DNA of 64,000 bases from an uncultured Alphaproteobacteria bacterium (GCA_963826295.1 CAWGWO010000007.1:57887-121886); one strand, 5' to 3'. Counted from the stretch's first letter, positions 7,226 through 16,664 are shown. The notes: generated by a model not told the origin, from the letters alone. Numbers and translations are program-made.

Positions 7226-7477
7226 AGCCCGCTAAATGAAAGGAAACGCTTGCGGCGCTTGCACGGCTAACATTGCGGCAGAACCAGGTCGCGAACTTGG
7301 GCAACGCCCGGAAGATCGGTCGTAATCGCGCCAACGCTGCGTAGATTTACGCGTCTTTAAACGAAATGAGGCAATCCTTCGGCAGCCGATCGGAAGGGAT
7401 CGGAAGACGCACTCGCGGGTACGGATCGTACTGCAAGTGCAAGCCAGTACGGCCTGTAACCAGAAGGGTAAAGGACT

Positions 7478-8620
7478 ATGTCTGACATCACTTTGACCTC
7501 GGGCATTCGGCAGAACTTGCTGTCCTTGCAGCAAACGTCCACCGATTTGACCACGACCCAGGAAGCGCTTGCCACCGGCAAAGCGGTTAACTCCGCCGCC
7601 GACAATCCGAGCGCCTATTTCACTTCGCAGAACCTGACCAACAGCGCCAACTCGCTCAGCGCCTTGCTCGACCAGATCGGGCAGGGCCAGCAGACGATCG
7701 ACGCGGCCACTAACGGCCTCACCGGCATCACCAGCCTGCTGCAACAGGCGTTGTCGACGGTGCAACAGGCACAGCAAGCCAGCCAGACCGCCGGTTCGAC
7801 CACCGGATCGGTCACCGTTGGCGCCTCCACCGTCGCCACAGCCGGCACGCTGAACATCCTGGTGGGCACAACCACTTATGGTGTTGCGGTATCGGTGAGC
7901 GAGACGGCGAGCGAAGTCGAAGCCGCCATCAATGCCGTCACCGGTCTCGGCAGCTCCGGCGCCGTGACCGCAAGCGACTCGGGCGGAGAAATCGTCCTCA
8001 CCGCCAACTCGGGCGAGACAAATTTCTCGGTCGTCGCCAACGCGACGTCAGCCACCCTCGGCCTGACCAGCAGCTCCACCGCCAACAACGCGGTTTACGG
8101 GACCAGCTCGACGCGCACCACGTTACAGACCAACTACAACGGCCTGCTGACGCAGATCAATCAGCTCGCCTCGGACTCCGGCTATAACGGCGTCAACCTG
8201 CTTGCCGGTAACAATCTGACCATCGACTTCAATTCCACCGGCTCAAGCTCGCTGACCATCCAAGGCGTGACGTTCAACGCCTCGGGCCTGGGTTTGTCGA
8301 GCGTCACGGGTGCCGTAGCGGGATCCTTCCAGGACAATACCGGACTCGCAAGCATCTCCACCGACATCAACGACGCGATCACTTCGGTGCAGACCCAGAC
8401 CGAGACGTTCGGCACCAACTCGGGCGTCATCGGCACCCGGCAGACGTTCGAAACCAACATGATCAACACGTTGCAGACCGGCGCCAGCAACCTCGTGGTA
8501 GCTGACCAGAATGAGGAAAGCGCCGATCTGCTCACCGAGCAGACCCAGCAACAGCTCGAAATCTCCGCGCTGTCTATCGCCAATCAAGCGAACCAGTCGG
8601 TGCTTAAGCTGTTCAGCTAA
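7478..8620 (+). CDS. Flagellin
   Basis: The N-terminus is ITLTSGIRQNLLSLQ...LATGK.VNSAADNPSAYF and the C-terminus is LVVADQNEESADLLTEQTQQQLEISALSIANQANQSVLKLF. The central Thr/Ser-rich module lies at 7844..8074. Confidence 0.92.
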   Translation: MSDITLTSGIRQNLLSLQQTSTDLTTTQEALATGKAVNSAADNPSAYFTSQNLTNSANSLSALLDQIGQGQQTIDAATNGLTGITSLLQQALSTVQQAQQASQTAGSTTGSVTVGASTVATAGTLNILVGTTTYGVAVSVSETASEVEAAINAVTGLGSSGAVTASDSGGEIVLTANSGETNFSVVANATSATLGLTSSSTANNAVYGTSSTRTTLQTNYNGLLTQINQLASDSGYNGVNLLAGNNLTIDFNSTGSSSLTIQGVTFNASGLGLSSVTGAVAGSFQDNTGLASISTDINDAITSVQTQTETFGTNSGVIGTRQTFETNMINTLQTGASNLVVADQNEESADLLTEQTQQQLEISALSIANQANQSVLKLFS

Positions 8621-8648
8621 CCCTTCCTGAACAGGCCTTTGGCAAAGG

Positions 8649-8682
8649 CGGCGGGGCGGAAACGCCCCGCTGCTTTCTTTTG
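8649..8682 (+). terminator. Rho-independent terminator after flagellin
   Basis: GCGGGGCG-GAAA-CGCCCCGC followed by TGCTTTCTTTT. Confidence 0.7.
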
Positions 8683-8797
8683 GAGTATTGCTTCGTTTGG
8701 TGTCAACGATCCCGAGTATTGCGATCCGCTACGTAATGTTAACGAGCGGAAGGTACAAATTGCTAACGATAACGAGCAAGTAGTCGGAGTTGTTGAG

Positions 8798-9163
8798 ATG
8801 GATTATGCGAGCAAGGCGTACGCCAAGGTTGCCAAGGAAACGGCGGCACCGCGCGAGCTGGAAGCGAGCTTGCTGCTGAAAGCGGCGGCGAAATTGCAGG
8901 CGGTCCGCGATGCGTGGCGTGACAAGCCCGCCGGCCTGCATGATGCGCTCATGTATAATCGCCGGCTCTGGATGGTGTTCATCGACGCGGTGCAACACGA
9001 AGGCAACAAGCTGCCGGTCATGGTTCGCGACAATCTCACCAAGCTCGGCGCTTTCGTCATCGGCGAGACCTTCGCACTGATGACCGAGCCGAAGCCGAAC
9101 CACCTCGACTCTATTATCAAGATCAATCGCGGCATCGCCGCCGGGCTGCGCGGCAAGAATTAA
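8798..9163 (+). CDS. flaF: Flagellar biosynthesis regulator FlaF
   Basis: Internal ATG of ORF 8639..9163. The sequence is MDYASKAYAKVAKETAAPRELEASLLLKAAAKLQ...NRRLWMVF, typical of FlaF. Confidence 0.8.
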   Translation: MDYASKAYAKVAKETAAPRELEASLLLKAAAKLQAVRDAWRDKPAGLHDALMYNRRLWMVFIDAVQHEGNKLPVMVRDNLTKLGAFVIGETFALMTEPKPNHLDSIIKINRGIAAGLRGKN

Positions 9164-9196
9164 CGGAGCGGCCGACGGCGGTTATTCGTTGTCCGC

Positions 9197-10708
9197 CTAA
9201 CCGCTCACCGCCGAGAGGTAGTTGACGAGGCTCATCTGCGCTAACCGCGCGGTGACCGACATCGAAGCCGACAGATTGTTCTGCAGCGTCAGAATATCCT
9301 CGCCGATCTGGTTCTGATTCACGCCTTCGATGCCTTGCAGCATGTCCTGTAGGGTGGTCTGGGTCTGCGTGTTCATCGTCGTCGCGTTAGCGACTGTCGT
9401 TTGCGCGTTGGCGAGGCCGGCCTCAATGTCGCTGATGGATTGCGTGCCGGATGTTCCGCTCAGATTCTGTTGCACGCTTTGGCAGAGCGCTTCGTAACTC
9501 GCCTGCGCATTCGGATCGCTAGCCGAATAGGTGGTCGCGGCAAGCACCGCGACGTTGGCGAGCAACGAAGTGATCGCCGGCTCGGTCGCTCGCATGCCGT
9601 AATCAACCGTCGTCGACTGACCGACTTGGGCCGAGGCGGTCTCCGACGCCGGCGTCGAGCCGTTCTCGCCGGTATACCAAAGCACCGTGTTCGCCGCCGT
9701 ACCGTCGACCAAGGACGTAGCCGTGTAGGGCGAGCCGGAAATGACTTGTGGGGGATCGGAGAAGAAGTTGTTGGCTGCGGCAATGGCGGATGCGGCCGGC
9801 AGCGCGGTTTGCGCCAGGTTCGACACGGCGGTGGTCAAAGACGTCTGTAGATTAGCGGCGGTGTCGGCCGCCGTCGCGCCAATTGTGAACTGATCGGTGC
9901 CCGGCGGCGAGGCCGTGGTCGCCTGCAAGGTGATTTGCTGGCTGGAGCCGTCGGGCAGTGTGAGGTCGAAGGTGATCGAATCGCCGGCATTCGGATTGGA
10001 TCCGAGATCGACCGAGATCGCCGGCGGCGACGAGCCGGAAGGGCCGCTCACCGTAGCACCGGTAAGACTTGAAGTGACGCCGGCGAGCTGAAATCCGAAC
10101 GGCGAGTTCGCCGCGTCTTCGCTGAGTGTGACGGTTGTGGAGCCGGACGTATTCTGGACGCTCAGGCGGCCGAGACCGTCGGAGCCCTGGTCGGCCTCCA
10201 GGCGCTGCGCGATCACCTGGGTCAGGCCGGCTTGCGTCCCAGTGCCGTTGAGGATGGCGCTGGTCGAAGCAACCGAGGGGCTGCTCACGGCGCTGCCCGA
10301 GAACAGATAACTGCCGCCGACCTGCGTATTGAGCAGCGACAGGATCTGGTCGAGATAGCTCGCGGCCGAGGCTTGCGTCGTGGTCTGACCAGTATTGTCG
10401 AGCGTGAACGAACCCTGCTGCGTGATCGCATCCTGGACATCGGTGCTGGCGCTGCCGATCTCGCTGAGCACCGATTGCGCGACGGTCAACGTCGTGCCGA
10501 TGGTATTAGCGTTGTTGGTGTAACCGCTGATATCCGCCAGTTGCGCGCTGAGTTGCAGGGCGAGCCCGGCCTGCGAGCCAAGCCCGGAATAGGTCGTTGC
10601 AGCCTCGCCGGTGCCGATCTGTTGGCTCAGCGTGTTGAGCTGGCTCATCATGTTATTCTGCGCCAGCAAATTGGTCGCCGTGATCGACCCGGGTCCGGTG
10701 ATACTCAT
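9197..10708 (-). CDS. flgL: Flagellar hook-associated protein 3 FlgL (long form, 503 aa)
   Basis: Flagellin-like N- and C-terminal helices (C-terminus LQNNLSASMSVTARLAQMSLVNYL). It sits directly downstream of flgK with a TAATG overlap. Confidence 0.8.
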   Translation of the reverse strand: MSITGPGSITATNLLAQNNMMSQLNTLSQQIGTGEAATTYSGLGSQAGLALQLSAQLADISGYTNNANTIGTTLTVAQSVLSEIGSASTDVQDAITQQGSFTLDNTGQTTTQASAASYLDQILSLLNTQVGGSYLFSGSAVSSPSVASTSAILNGTGTQAGLTQVIAQRLEADQGSDGLGRLSVQNTSGSTTVTLSEDAANSPFGFQLAGVTSSLTGATVSGPSGSSPPAISVDLGSNPNAGDSITFDLTLPDGSSQQITLQATTASPPGTDQFTIGATAADTAANLQTSLTTAVSNLAQTALPAASAIAAANNFFSDPPQVISGSPYTATSLVDGTAANTVLWYTGENGSTPASETASAQVGQSTTVDYGMRATEPAITSLLANVAVLAATTYSASDPNAQASYEALCQSVQQNLSGTSGTQSISDIEAGLANAQTTVANATTMNTQTQTTLQDMLQGIEGVNQNQIGEDILTLQNNLSASMSVTARLAQMSLVNYLSAVSG

Positions 10709-12570
10709 TACGTCCCCACTTGCAGCAACGTCGCCATCAGGTCCTGGATGGTCGTCATCACGCGTGCATTGGCTCCATAGGCGTTCTGCAGCGAGATAAG
10801 GTTCGACATTTCGGTATCGATATTGACCCCGGACTGATTGTTGAAGCTTTGCTGCAGCGTGCTCAGCACGGTGTCCTGGCCTTCCTGCAGGTTGGTGGCG
10901 GCGTCCGCGGCCTGACTCTGCTGGCTGACCACCTGGCTTAAATAATTTGTCAACGTGCCGCTATACGGCGCTGACGAACTGCCGATGCCCGTCGATGGCG
11001 AATAGGTCAGTGAGGCGTTGGTCAATTGATTGAGGATGAAATCCGGTCGCGTTGGATCCCCGCTTGACGTGGAGGATGCGTACGCGACCAAGCTCGACGG
11101 CGAGGCGACGATTGCGGGATTGACCTCGATGCTTCCCGCCAAGCCCGTTGTCTGCGAGCCGCCGGCTGTGATCGCGCCGGTGATCGATTGGGTTCCGTCG
11201 GTGAACAACTGAAGCTGGGACGAGCCGCTCGTGAGCGAGGTCACGGTCGAAGTCGCCGACAACGAATTCACCACGTTGCCGGTGCCGTTGTTGAGTACTT
11301 GCAACACCGTGCCGGACGGGTTGGAGAATTGCAGGTTCGATCCGAACGCGGAATTGAGCTGCGAGACGACGGAACTCATGCCGCCGGATAAATTGACGCC
11401 GATGATTTGATTGTTGGAATTAGGCGGCGAGGTTTGCAAAGGCAGCGAACCGCCGGCGCCGAGCGCTTCAATAGTGACCGTATGCTGCACGTTGTTGGAA
11501 TCGGTGTAGGTCAACTGCACCGAATTGCCAGGCGACAGGGAGCTGACATCCACGCCGTATCCGGATTGCGAGCCGGACGTGACCGCGGTGCCGCTCGTCG
11601 TCTGGTTCGACAACGCCTGCGACATTTGATTGGCGAATTCGTCGAGCTGGCTCTGCGCCTGCGGCAGGATGGTGTCGCGCATCTGCAAGTACGCGCCGAT
11701 CTCGCCTGACTGGATGGCGTTGGTGGCGATCAGATCGGTACTGGTGCCGCTCGGCGAAACAAGCGTGATGGTGCCCGCGCCGTCTTCGCTCGAATCGGCA
11801 CTCCATTGGGAGGTCGCCGTCAGCGTGCCGACGTCGTCGAAGTCGAGCTGCGAGGCGTTCGCGCCGGCTACGAGCTGCTGGCCGGTGCTGGTAAACAGGG
11901 AAACCTGGTTGTTGGAATTCTGCACGACGTTGACATTCATCATCTGCGTAACCTGGGTAATATCCTGGTCGCGCTGGTCCTCAAGCGTCGCAGTGGAGCT
12001 GTCAGATAAGTTCGCGCCTTCGAGCTGCTGGTTGATCTGCGCGATTTGCTGTAACGCCGTGTTCACTGTTTGCACGCCGCTCGCGATACCCTGCTCGGCT
12101 TGGGTGCGTAGCTGCTGGATGGTCGTGGTCATGGAATTGAGGTTCTGCGCCACGGCCTGAGCGGCGGACACGACCCCGGTTTGTGCGGACGTCGAGCTCG
12201 GGCTCGTTGCGAGTGTTTGCAGCGCGGTTGTCAGATTTCCGTAGATCGCATCGAACGACGTCGCCGAGCCCGGCGTGCCGTAGATTTCCTGAAGCTGCTG
12301 GTAAATCTGCGAGCTGGTATCGGCATAAGAATCGCCGGACGTTTCCGTCCACAATTGACTTTGCAGCAAGGTGTTGAGATTGCGATTGATGCCGTCCGTG
12401 TCGACACTGCTGCCGGCTTGGCCGGAGGTGGCGACCGCGGATTGATTGAGCGTTTCATCGACGTAGCCGGCCGTGTTGGCGTTCGCCACGTTTCCGGCGA
12501 TCACCGAGAGACCTTGCTGGGTCACATTGACGCCAGCCAAGGCGGCGGATAACGCCTGAGAGAGGCCCAT
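10708..12570 (-). CDS. flgK: Flagellar hook-associated protein 1 FlgK
   Basis: The N-terminus is MGLSQALSAALAGVNVTQQGLSVIAGNVANANTAGY. The C-terminus is GVNIDTEMSNLISLQNAYGANARVM. Confidence 0.92.
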   Translation of the reverse strand: MGLSQALSAALAGVNVTQQGLSVIAGNVANANTAGYVDETLNQSAVATSGQAGSSVDTDGINRNLNTLLQSQLWTETSGDSYADTSSQIYQQLQEIYGTPGSATSFDAIYGNLTTALQTLATSPSSTSAQTGVVSAAQAVAQNLNSMTTTIQQLRTQAEQGIASGVQTVNTALQQIAQINQQLEGANLSDSSTATLEDQRDQDITQVTQMMNVNVVQNSNNQVSLFTSTGQQLVAGANASQLDFDDVGTLTATSQWSADSSEDGAGTITLVSPSGTSTDLIATNAIQSGEIGAYLQMRDTILPQAQSQLDEFANQMSQALSNQTTSGTAVTSGSQSGYGVDVSSLSPGNSVQLTYTDSNNVQHTVTIEALGAGGSLPLQTSPPNSNNQIIGVNLSGGMSSVVSQLNSAFGSNLQFSNPSGTVLQVLNNGTGNVVNSLSATSTVTSLTSGSSQLQLFTDGTQSITGAITAGGSQTTGLAGSIEVNPAIVASPSSLVAYASSTSSGDPTRPDFILNQLTNASLTYSPSTGIGSSSAPYSGTLTNYLSQVVSQQSQAADAATNLQEGQDTVLSTLQQSFNNQSGVNIDTEMSNLISLQNAYGANARVMTTIQDLMATLLQVGT

Positions 12571-12636
12571 TGCTCTAGCCGTCCGCGCGGCTTATCGGTT
12601 GCGGCCGCAAAGCCTGCCGCTCCTCGTTCAACCGCT

Positions 12637-14625
12637 TCACTGAATCACTTGCAGCAAGCTCTGAATCATTTGGTCCGCGGTCGACATCACGCGGGCGTTG
12701 GCCGAATAGGCCTGCTGCGCCACGATCAACTGGCTGAACTGGGTGGCGATGTCGACGTTCGAGGCTTCGAGCGAGCTGCCGACGACGGTGCCGGTTGCGC
12801 CGTAGATCGGCGGCCCAGAGTCGGCGGTGGCTTCGTATGCCTGGCCGGCGATTGCCTGCAAAGCATTCTGGCCGTTGAACGTCGCCAGCGTGATCTGCGC
12901 CAAAGGAATGGTCTGGCCGTTCGAGAACGTGCCGGTGATTTGGTTCTGGCCATCAACGGCGACTGATTCCAATTGTCCGGCGGCATAGCCGTTTTGCTGC
13001 AATTGGGTGACCTGTGCCGCGCCGCTTGTATCGGCGAATTGCGTCAACCCGTTGGTGCCGAAATTAAGCTGGATGCTGCCGAGCGAGTCACCATTCACGG
13101 TGAGATTCGAGATCGTCATATTGGAAATCGCCGGGCTCAGCTCGCCGCTCGAATTGAACGTGAACGTCTGGCCGGTATTCTGCCACTCTGCTTCGGTGCC
13201 GGTCGCGCTGGAGTTGCTCTGATAGAACAGCTGCCATGTGCCGCTTGCGGATTTGGCCCAGCGGAACTGCACGTTCACCGGATTGCCTTCGGAGTCATAG
13301 GCGGTGAGAGACCCACCGTCGACCGACTGGCTGGTGAAGGTCGACGAATCGTTGGCGATGACGGTGCCGTTGGCCGGCAGTGCCGTGAGACTTTGAATGC
13401 CAAATTTGCTGGCCGCCGCCGTACCGCCGACGGTGAGGCTCGCGGTTGGGCTGTTCGCCGTCAACGCGACGTCGCCGTTCGCGGTATTCACCGTTCCGGT
13501 CACGCCCGTCAGGCCCTGGATCGCGGTCTGCAATTCGGCAAGGGTCGCGACCTGGCCGGAGCCGGTGCCGAAGGTGATGGTTTGCGTGCCGCCACCCGCG
13601 ACCGTGACCGTCATGGTCTGGCCCTGCGCGACGGCGCTTTGGGTCAGCAGGTTGGTCGGATTAAATGAATTCGCGCCGGCGGCGAACCCGATGGCGGCAG
13701 CGTCGCTGCCGGTGCCGCCTACGGTAATCGACGCAATTCCATTGGTGCCGGTGAGAGCCAGATCGCCGCTGCTGTTGAGCGCCGCGGAAACGTCCAGCGT
13801 GCCGCCGGTATTCGCAGCGTTAATCGCAGTGACCAGATCACCGACGGTGTCGGTTCCGGTCGCGGTGTAAGTGTAAGTTGAATTGATTCCATCATCGATG
13901 GTGACGGTATCTCCGGTGGTGATCCCGAGCGATGCGAGCGTCGTGGCGCTCGTTAGGCCGACCGAACCGGTGCCGCTCGCAACGGCATCGGGCTCCAGTG
14001 TTGCGCCCGTGCCTTGGATTTCCGCCGCGGTCGGAGCGCCGGCGAGCGGATTGGCTTCAAAATCGCTTGGCACCAACGTGCCGGAAGTTGGCGAGCTTGG
14101 CAGGTTCGCCTGATACTGGATGGTAGTCGTTTCTTGGGCCGGCACGAAATCGTCGTCGAATTGTAAGACTTGCGGCGAGCTGCCGACCGGATTCCCGGTG
14201 GCCGCATCGATCGGAATCCCCATCAGATAATAGCCGGAGCCGTTGACGAGGTAGCCGTTCGAATCGAGCGAAAAATCGCCGGCTTGAGTGTAAGCATTGA
14301 CGCCGCTGAAGGTCGGCTCATTGTCGACTTCGCCGGTCGGTTGCGCTACCACGAACCAGCCGTTGCCCTGGATGGCCATGTCGGTTGAGACCGACGTACT
14401 TTCGATCGTGCCTGCCACCGTGTTGGTGGAGACGGAGCTGGCGGTGACGCCGCTCGACGTCTGCTGATTTGCCGCCGCGGCGGAGACGAGATCCTGGAAG
14501 GCGGTGTCGGTTTCCTTAAAGCCCGTGGTTTGCGAGTTGGCGATGTTGCCGGAAATGTTTTGCAGCGCAAATGACTGAGCTTGCAGACCAGCCACAGCGG
14601 TGGTCAATGCATCGAAAATACCCAT
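12637..14625 (-). CDS. flgE: Flagellar hook protein FlgE (662 aa, with inserted repeat modules)
   Basis: The N-terminus is MGIFDALTTAVAGLQAQSFALQNISGNIANSQTTGFK. The C-terminus is SNVDIATQFSQLIVAQQAYSANARV. The central insertion lies at about 13390..13956. Confidence 0.93.
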   Translation of the reverse strand: MGIFDALTTAVAGLQAQSFALQNISGNIANSQTTGFKETDTAFQDLVSAAAANQQTSSGVTASSVSTNTVAGTIESTSVSTDMAIQGNGWFVVAQPTGEVDNEPTFSGVNAYTQAGDFSLDSNGYLVNGSGYYLMGIPIDAATGNPVGSSPQVLQFDDDFVPAQETTTIQYQANLPSSPTSGTLVPSDFEANPLAGAPTAAEIQGTGATLEPDAVASGTGSVGLTSATTLASLGITTGDTVTIDDGINSTYTYTATGTDTVGDLVTAINAANTGGTLDVSAALNSSGDLALTGTNGIASITVGGTGSDAAAIGFAAGANSFNPTNLLTQSAVAQGQTMTVTVAGGGTQTITFGTGSGQVATLAELQTAIQGLTGVTGTVNTANGDVALTANSPTASLTVGGTAAASKFGIQSLTALPANGTVIANDSSTFTSQSVDGGSLTAYDSEGNPVNVQFRWAKSASGTWQLFYQSNSSATGTEAEWQNTGQTFTFNSSGELSPAISNMTISNLTVNGDSLGSIQLNFGTNGLTQFADTSGAAQVTQLQQNGYAAGQLESVAVDGQNQITGTFSNGQTIPLAQITLATFNGQNALQAIAGQAYEATADSGPPIYGATGTVVGSSLEASNVDIATQFSQLIVAQQAYSANARVMSTADQMIQSLLQVIQ

Positions 14626-14706
14626 GACTGATCTCCAACTCGGTGCTCAACTTTACCAGCGGTGGCCCACGACCGGCGGCCTTCCACCGCGCACGCGACA
14701 TCTTCA

Positions 14707-14721
14707 GCAAGCTCCGTGCCA
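14707..14721 (-). promoter_or_regulatory. sigma54 promoter of flgE-flgK-flgL
   Basis: The minus strand reads TGGCACGGAGCTTGC, a perfect match to TGGCACG-N4-TTGC. It lies about 80 nt upstream of the flgE ATG, which is preceded by GGAG. Confidence 0.8.
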
Positions 14722-14794
14722 TTGAGTTAATCCAACCTTTTCAGAGCATTGTGGTGGGCGTTCATTTTTTTCCTGGGACGGATATGCCCGGTAT

Positions 14795-14811
14795 CCGGCA
14801 GAAATTGCCGG
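14795..14811. promoter_or_regulatory. Perfect dyad CCGGCAGAAATTGCCGG, candidate enhancer site for a FlbD/NtrC-type activator
   Basis: A 6+5+6 palindrome 75-100 bp upstream of the flgE sigma54 promoter. It is of the same type as the two sites in the fliX-flgI intergenic region. Confidence 0.5.
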
Positions 14812-14925
14812 GTGCTCGGCGCACATTTTGCCCCACGCGCCAAACACCAGCCGCGTTTTTGCCGCGCCTTGTGAGCGCCAAGCCGGCCGTGCTTAATGCT
14901 CGCGGCAAACAGCGAGCGGACAACC

Positions 14926-15771
14926 ATGCGTTTCGAAGGTACCGGCGCCTACGTCGCCACCGACGATCTGAAAATCGCGGTCAACGCCGCGATTGCGCTG
15001 GAGCGACCATTACTGGTTAAGGGCGAACCGGGTACAGGAAAGACCGTGCTTGCCATCGAGATGGCCAAGGCGCTCGGCGCGCCGCTGATCGAGTGGCACA
15101 TCAAGTCGACCACCAAGGCGCTGCAGGGCTTATACGAATACGACGCGGTCACCCGCCTGCGCGACAGCCAGTTAGGCGACGCGCGAGTCAAGGACATCCG
15201 CAATTACATCAAGCGCGGCAAGCTGTGGGAGGCGTTTGTCGCCGACGAGCGTCCGGTGCTGCTGATCGACGAGATCGACAAAGCCGATATCGAGTTCCCC
15301 AATGATCTTCTTCAGGAGCTCGATCGCATGGAGTTTTTTGTCTACGAGACCGGCGAAACGATCCGCGCCCGGCGCCGCCCAATCATGGTCATCACCTCGA
15401 ACAACGAAAAGGAATTGCCAGACGCCTTCTTGCGCCGCTGCTTCTTCCATTACATCCGCTTCCCCGACGCCGAGACCATGCGCGCGATCATCGAAGTGCA
15501 CTTTCCCGGCATCAAACATCGACTGGTCGCAGAAGCGCTACGGCTGTTCTACGAAATCCGCGACGTACCCGGCATGAAGAAGAAGCCGTCGACGTCCGAG
15601 TTGCTCGATTGGCTCAAGCTTCTCATGGTCGAGGATATTTCGCCGGAGACCCTGCGCGAGCGCGATCCGAAGAAACTTATCCCGCCGCTGCACGGCGCGC
15701 TGATCAAGAACGAACAGGATGTGCATCTGTTCGAGCGTCTCGCGTTCATGGCAAGACGAGAAGGCCGATAG
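14926..15771 (+). CDS. MoxR-like AAA+ ATPase
   Basis: Walker A is LLVKGEPGTGKT and Walker B is VLLIDEIDKA, followed by ITSNNEKELPDAFLRRC. The ATG at 14926 is internal to ORF 14896..15771. Confidence 0.85.
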   Translation: MRFEGTGAYVATDDLKIAVNAAIALERPLLVKGEPGTGKTVLAIEMAKALGAPLIEWHIKSTTKALQGLYEYDAVTRLRDSQLGDARVKDIRNYIKRGKLWEAFVADERPVLLIDEIDKADIEFPNDLLQELDRMEFFVYETGETIRARRRPIMVITSNNEKELPDAFLRRCFFHYIRFPDAETMRAIIEVHFPGIKHRLVAEALRLFYEIRDVPGMKKKPSTSELLDWLKLLMVEDISPETLRERDPKKLIPPLHGALIKNEQDVHLFERLAFMARREGR

Positions 15772-15782
15772 ACGACCGCCGC

Positions 15783-16664
15783 CTAGAACAATGAGCCAAA
15801 GTGGAATAACGGGCGCATGTTGAAAGTGTAAGTGGCGCCGGCGCCGAATGTGTATTGGTTCGGCGAGCCGCGCATCGTGACGAGCGGCGAATTGGCGGCG
15901 GAGCCGGTGATCCGCTCGTACTCAAAAATGCCGTGAACCTGCCACTGCGGGTCGAAGAAATACTCGGCTTGGCCACCGCCGCCGTACGAATAGAGCCCGC
16001 CGTCCACGTTGTACGGAGTAAGAGGTGCAAAACCCGCAACTCCCGAGGTTGCCGCCTGGCCCGGCGTGATACCGAAATACGGTGACAAAGCGGAAGCAGA
16101 CTGCACCGTCAGTCGCGGACCGCCCGAAAGGCGGAATTGTCCCACCGGTACGACGCCATCAATATAAAGGTTGCCGGTCTGTCCGGTTTCGCTGCCAACT
16201 CCTTGGCGGAGCTCGCCGCGGATGCGCAACCAGGATGTCGGCCAATATTGCACGTAACCGCCGACTTCCACGCTCCAGCCCACATCACCTAGCCCGCGGA
16301 GTTGGGCATATTGCGAGCTGTAGCGCGGCCAGTTGATTGTGCCGACCGGTCCAAACTGCCACGGACCGACGTCGAGCAGCGGAGCGCCAAAGCCGTCACG
16401 CGCGCCAAAGAAGAACGGTGGGTCGCCGGGCTTGCGGATGTTGAAGAGCGGATAGCCGCCGGGCATGTAAAGCGTCGTCGGCGCGCCCGGCCACGCCGGA
16501 TCAGCTCTTACTTCGGCGCCAATGGTGACGACCCAGTCCGGTTCGCCAGCCGAGGCTTTCGCGACAATGGGCGGCGTGGACTGATCGATATCGGCCGCAG
16601 CAGCATAGCTGCAAGGCCCAAACGCAAGCGCCGCAACGATAAGCTGCCAACGACCCAACGCCAT
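15783..16664 (-). CDS. MipA/OmpV-family outer-membrane protein
   Basis: A signal peptide is followed by a beta-barrel-like alternating pattern with a terminal aromatic residue (...HFGSLF). It contains W.V.IGA......P.YPG-type motifs. Confidence 0.65.
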   Translation of the reverse strand: MALGRWQLIVAALAFGPCSYAAAADIDQSTPPIVAKASAGEPDWVVTIGAEVRADPAWPGAPTTLYMPGGYPLFNIRKPGDPPFFFGARDGFGAPLLDVGPWQFGPVGTINWPRYSSQYAQLRGLGDVGWSVEVGGYVQYWPTSWLRIRGELRQGVGSETGQTGNLYIDGVVPVGQFRLSGGPRLTVQSASALSPYFGITPGQAATSGVAGFAPLTPYNVDGGLYSYGGGGQAEYFFDPQWQVHGIFEYERITGSAANSPLVTMRGSPNQYTFGAGATYTFNMRPLFHFGSLF

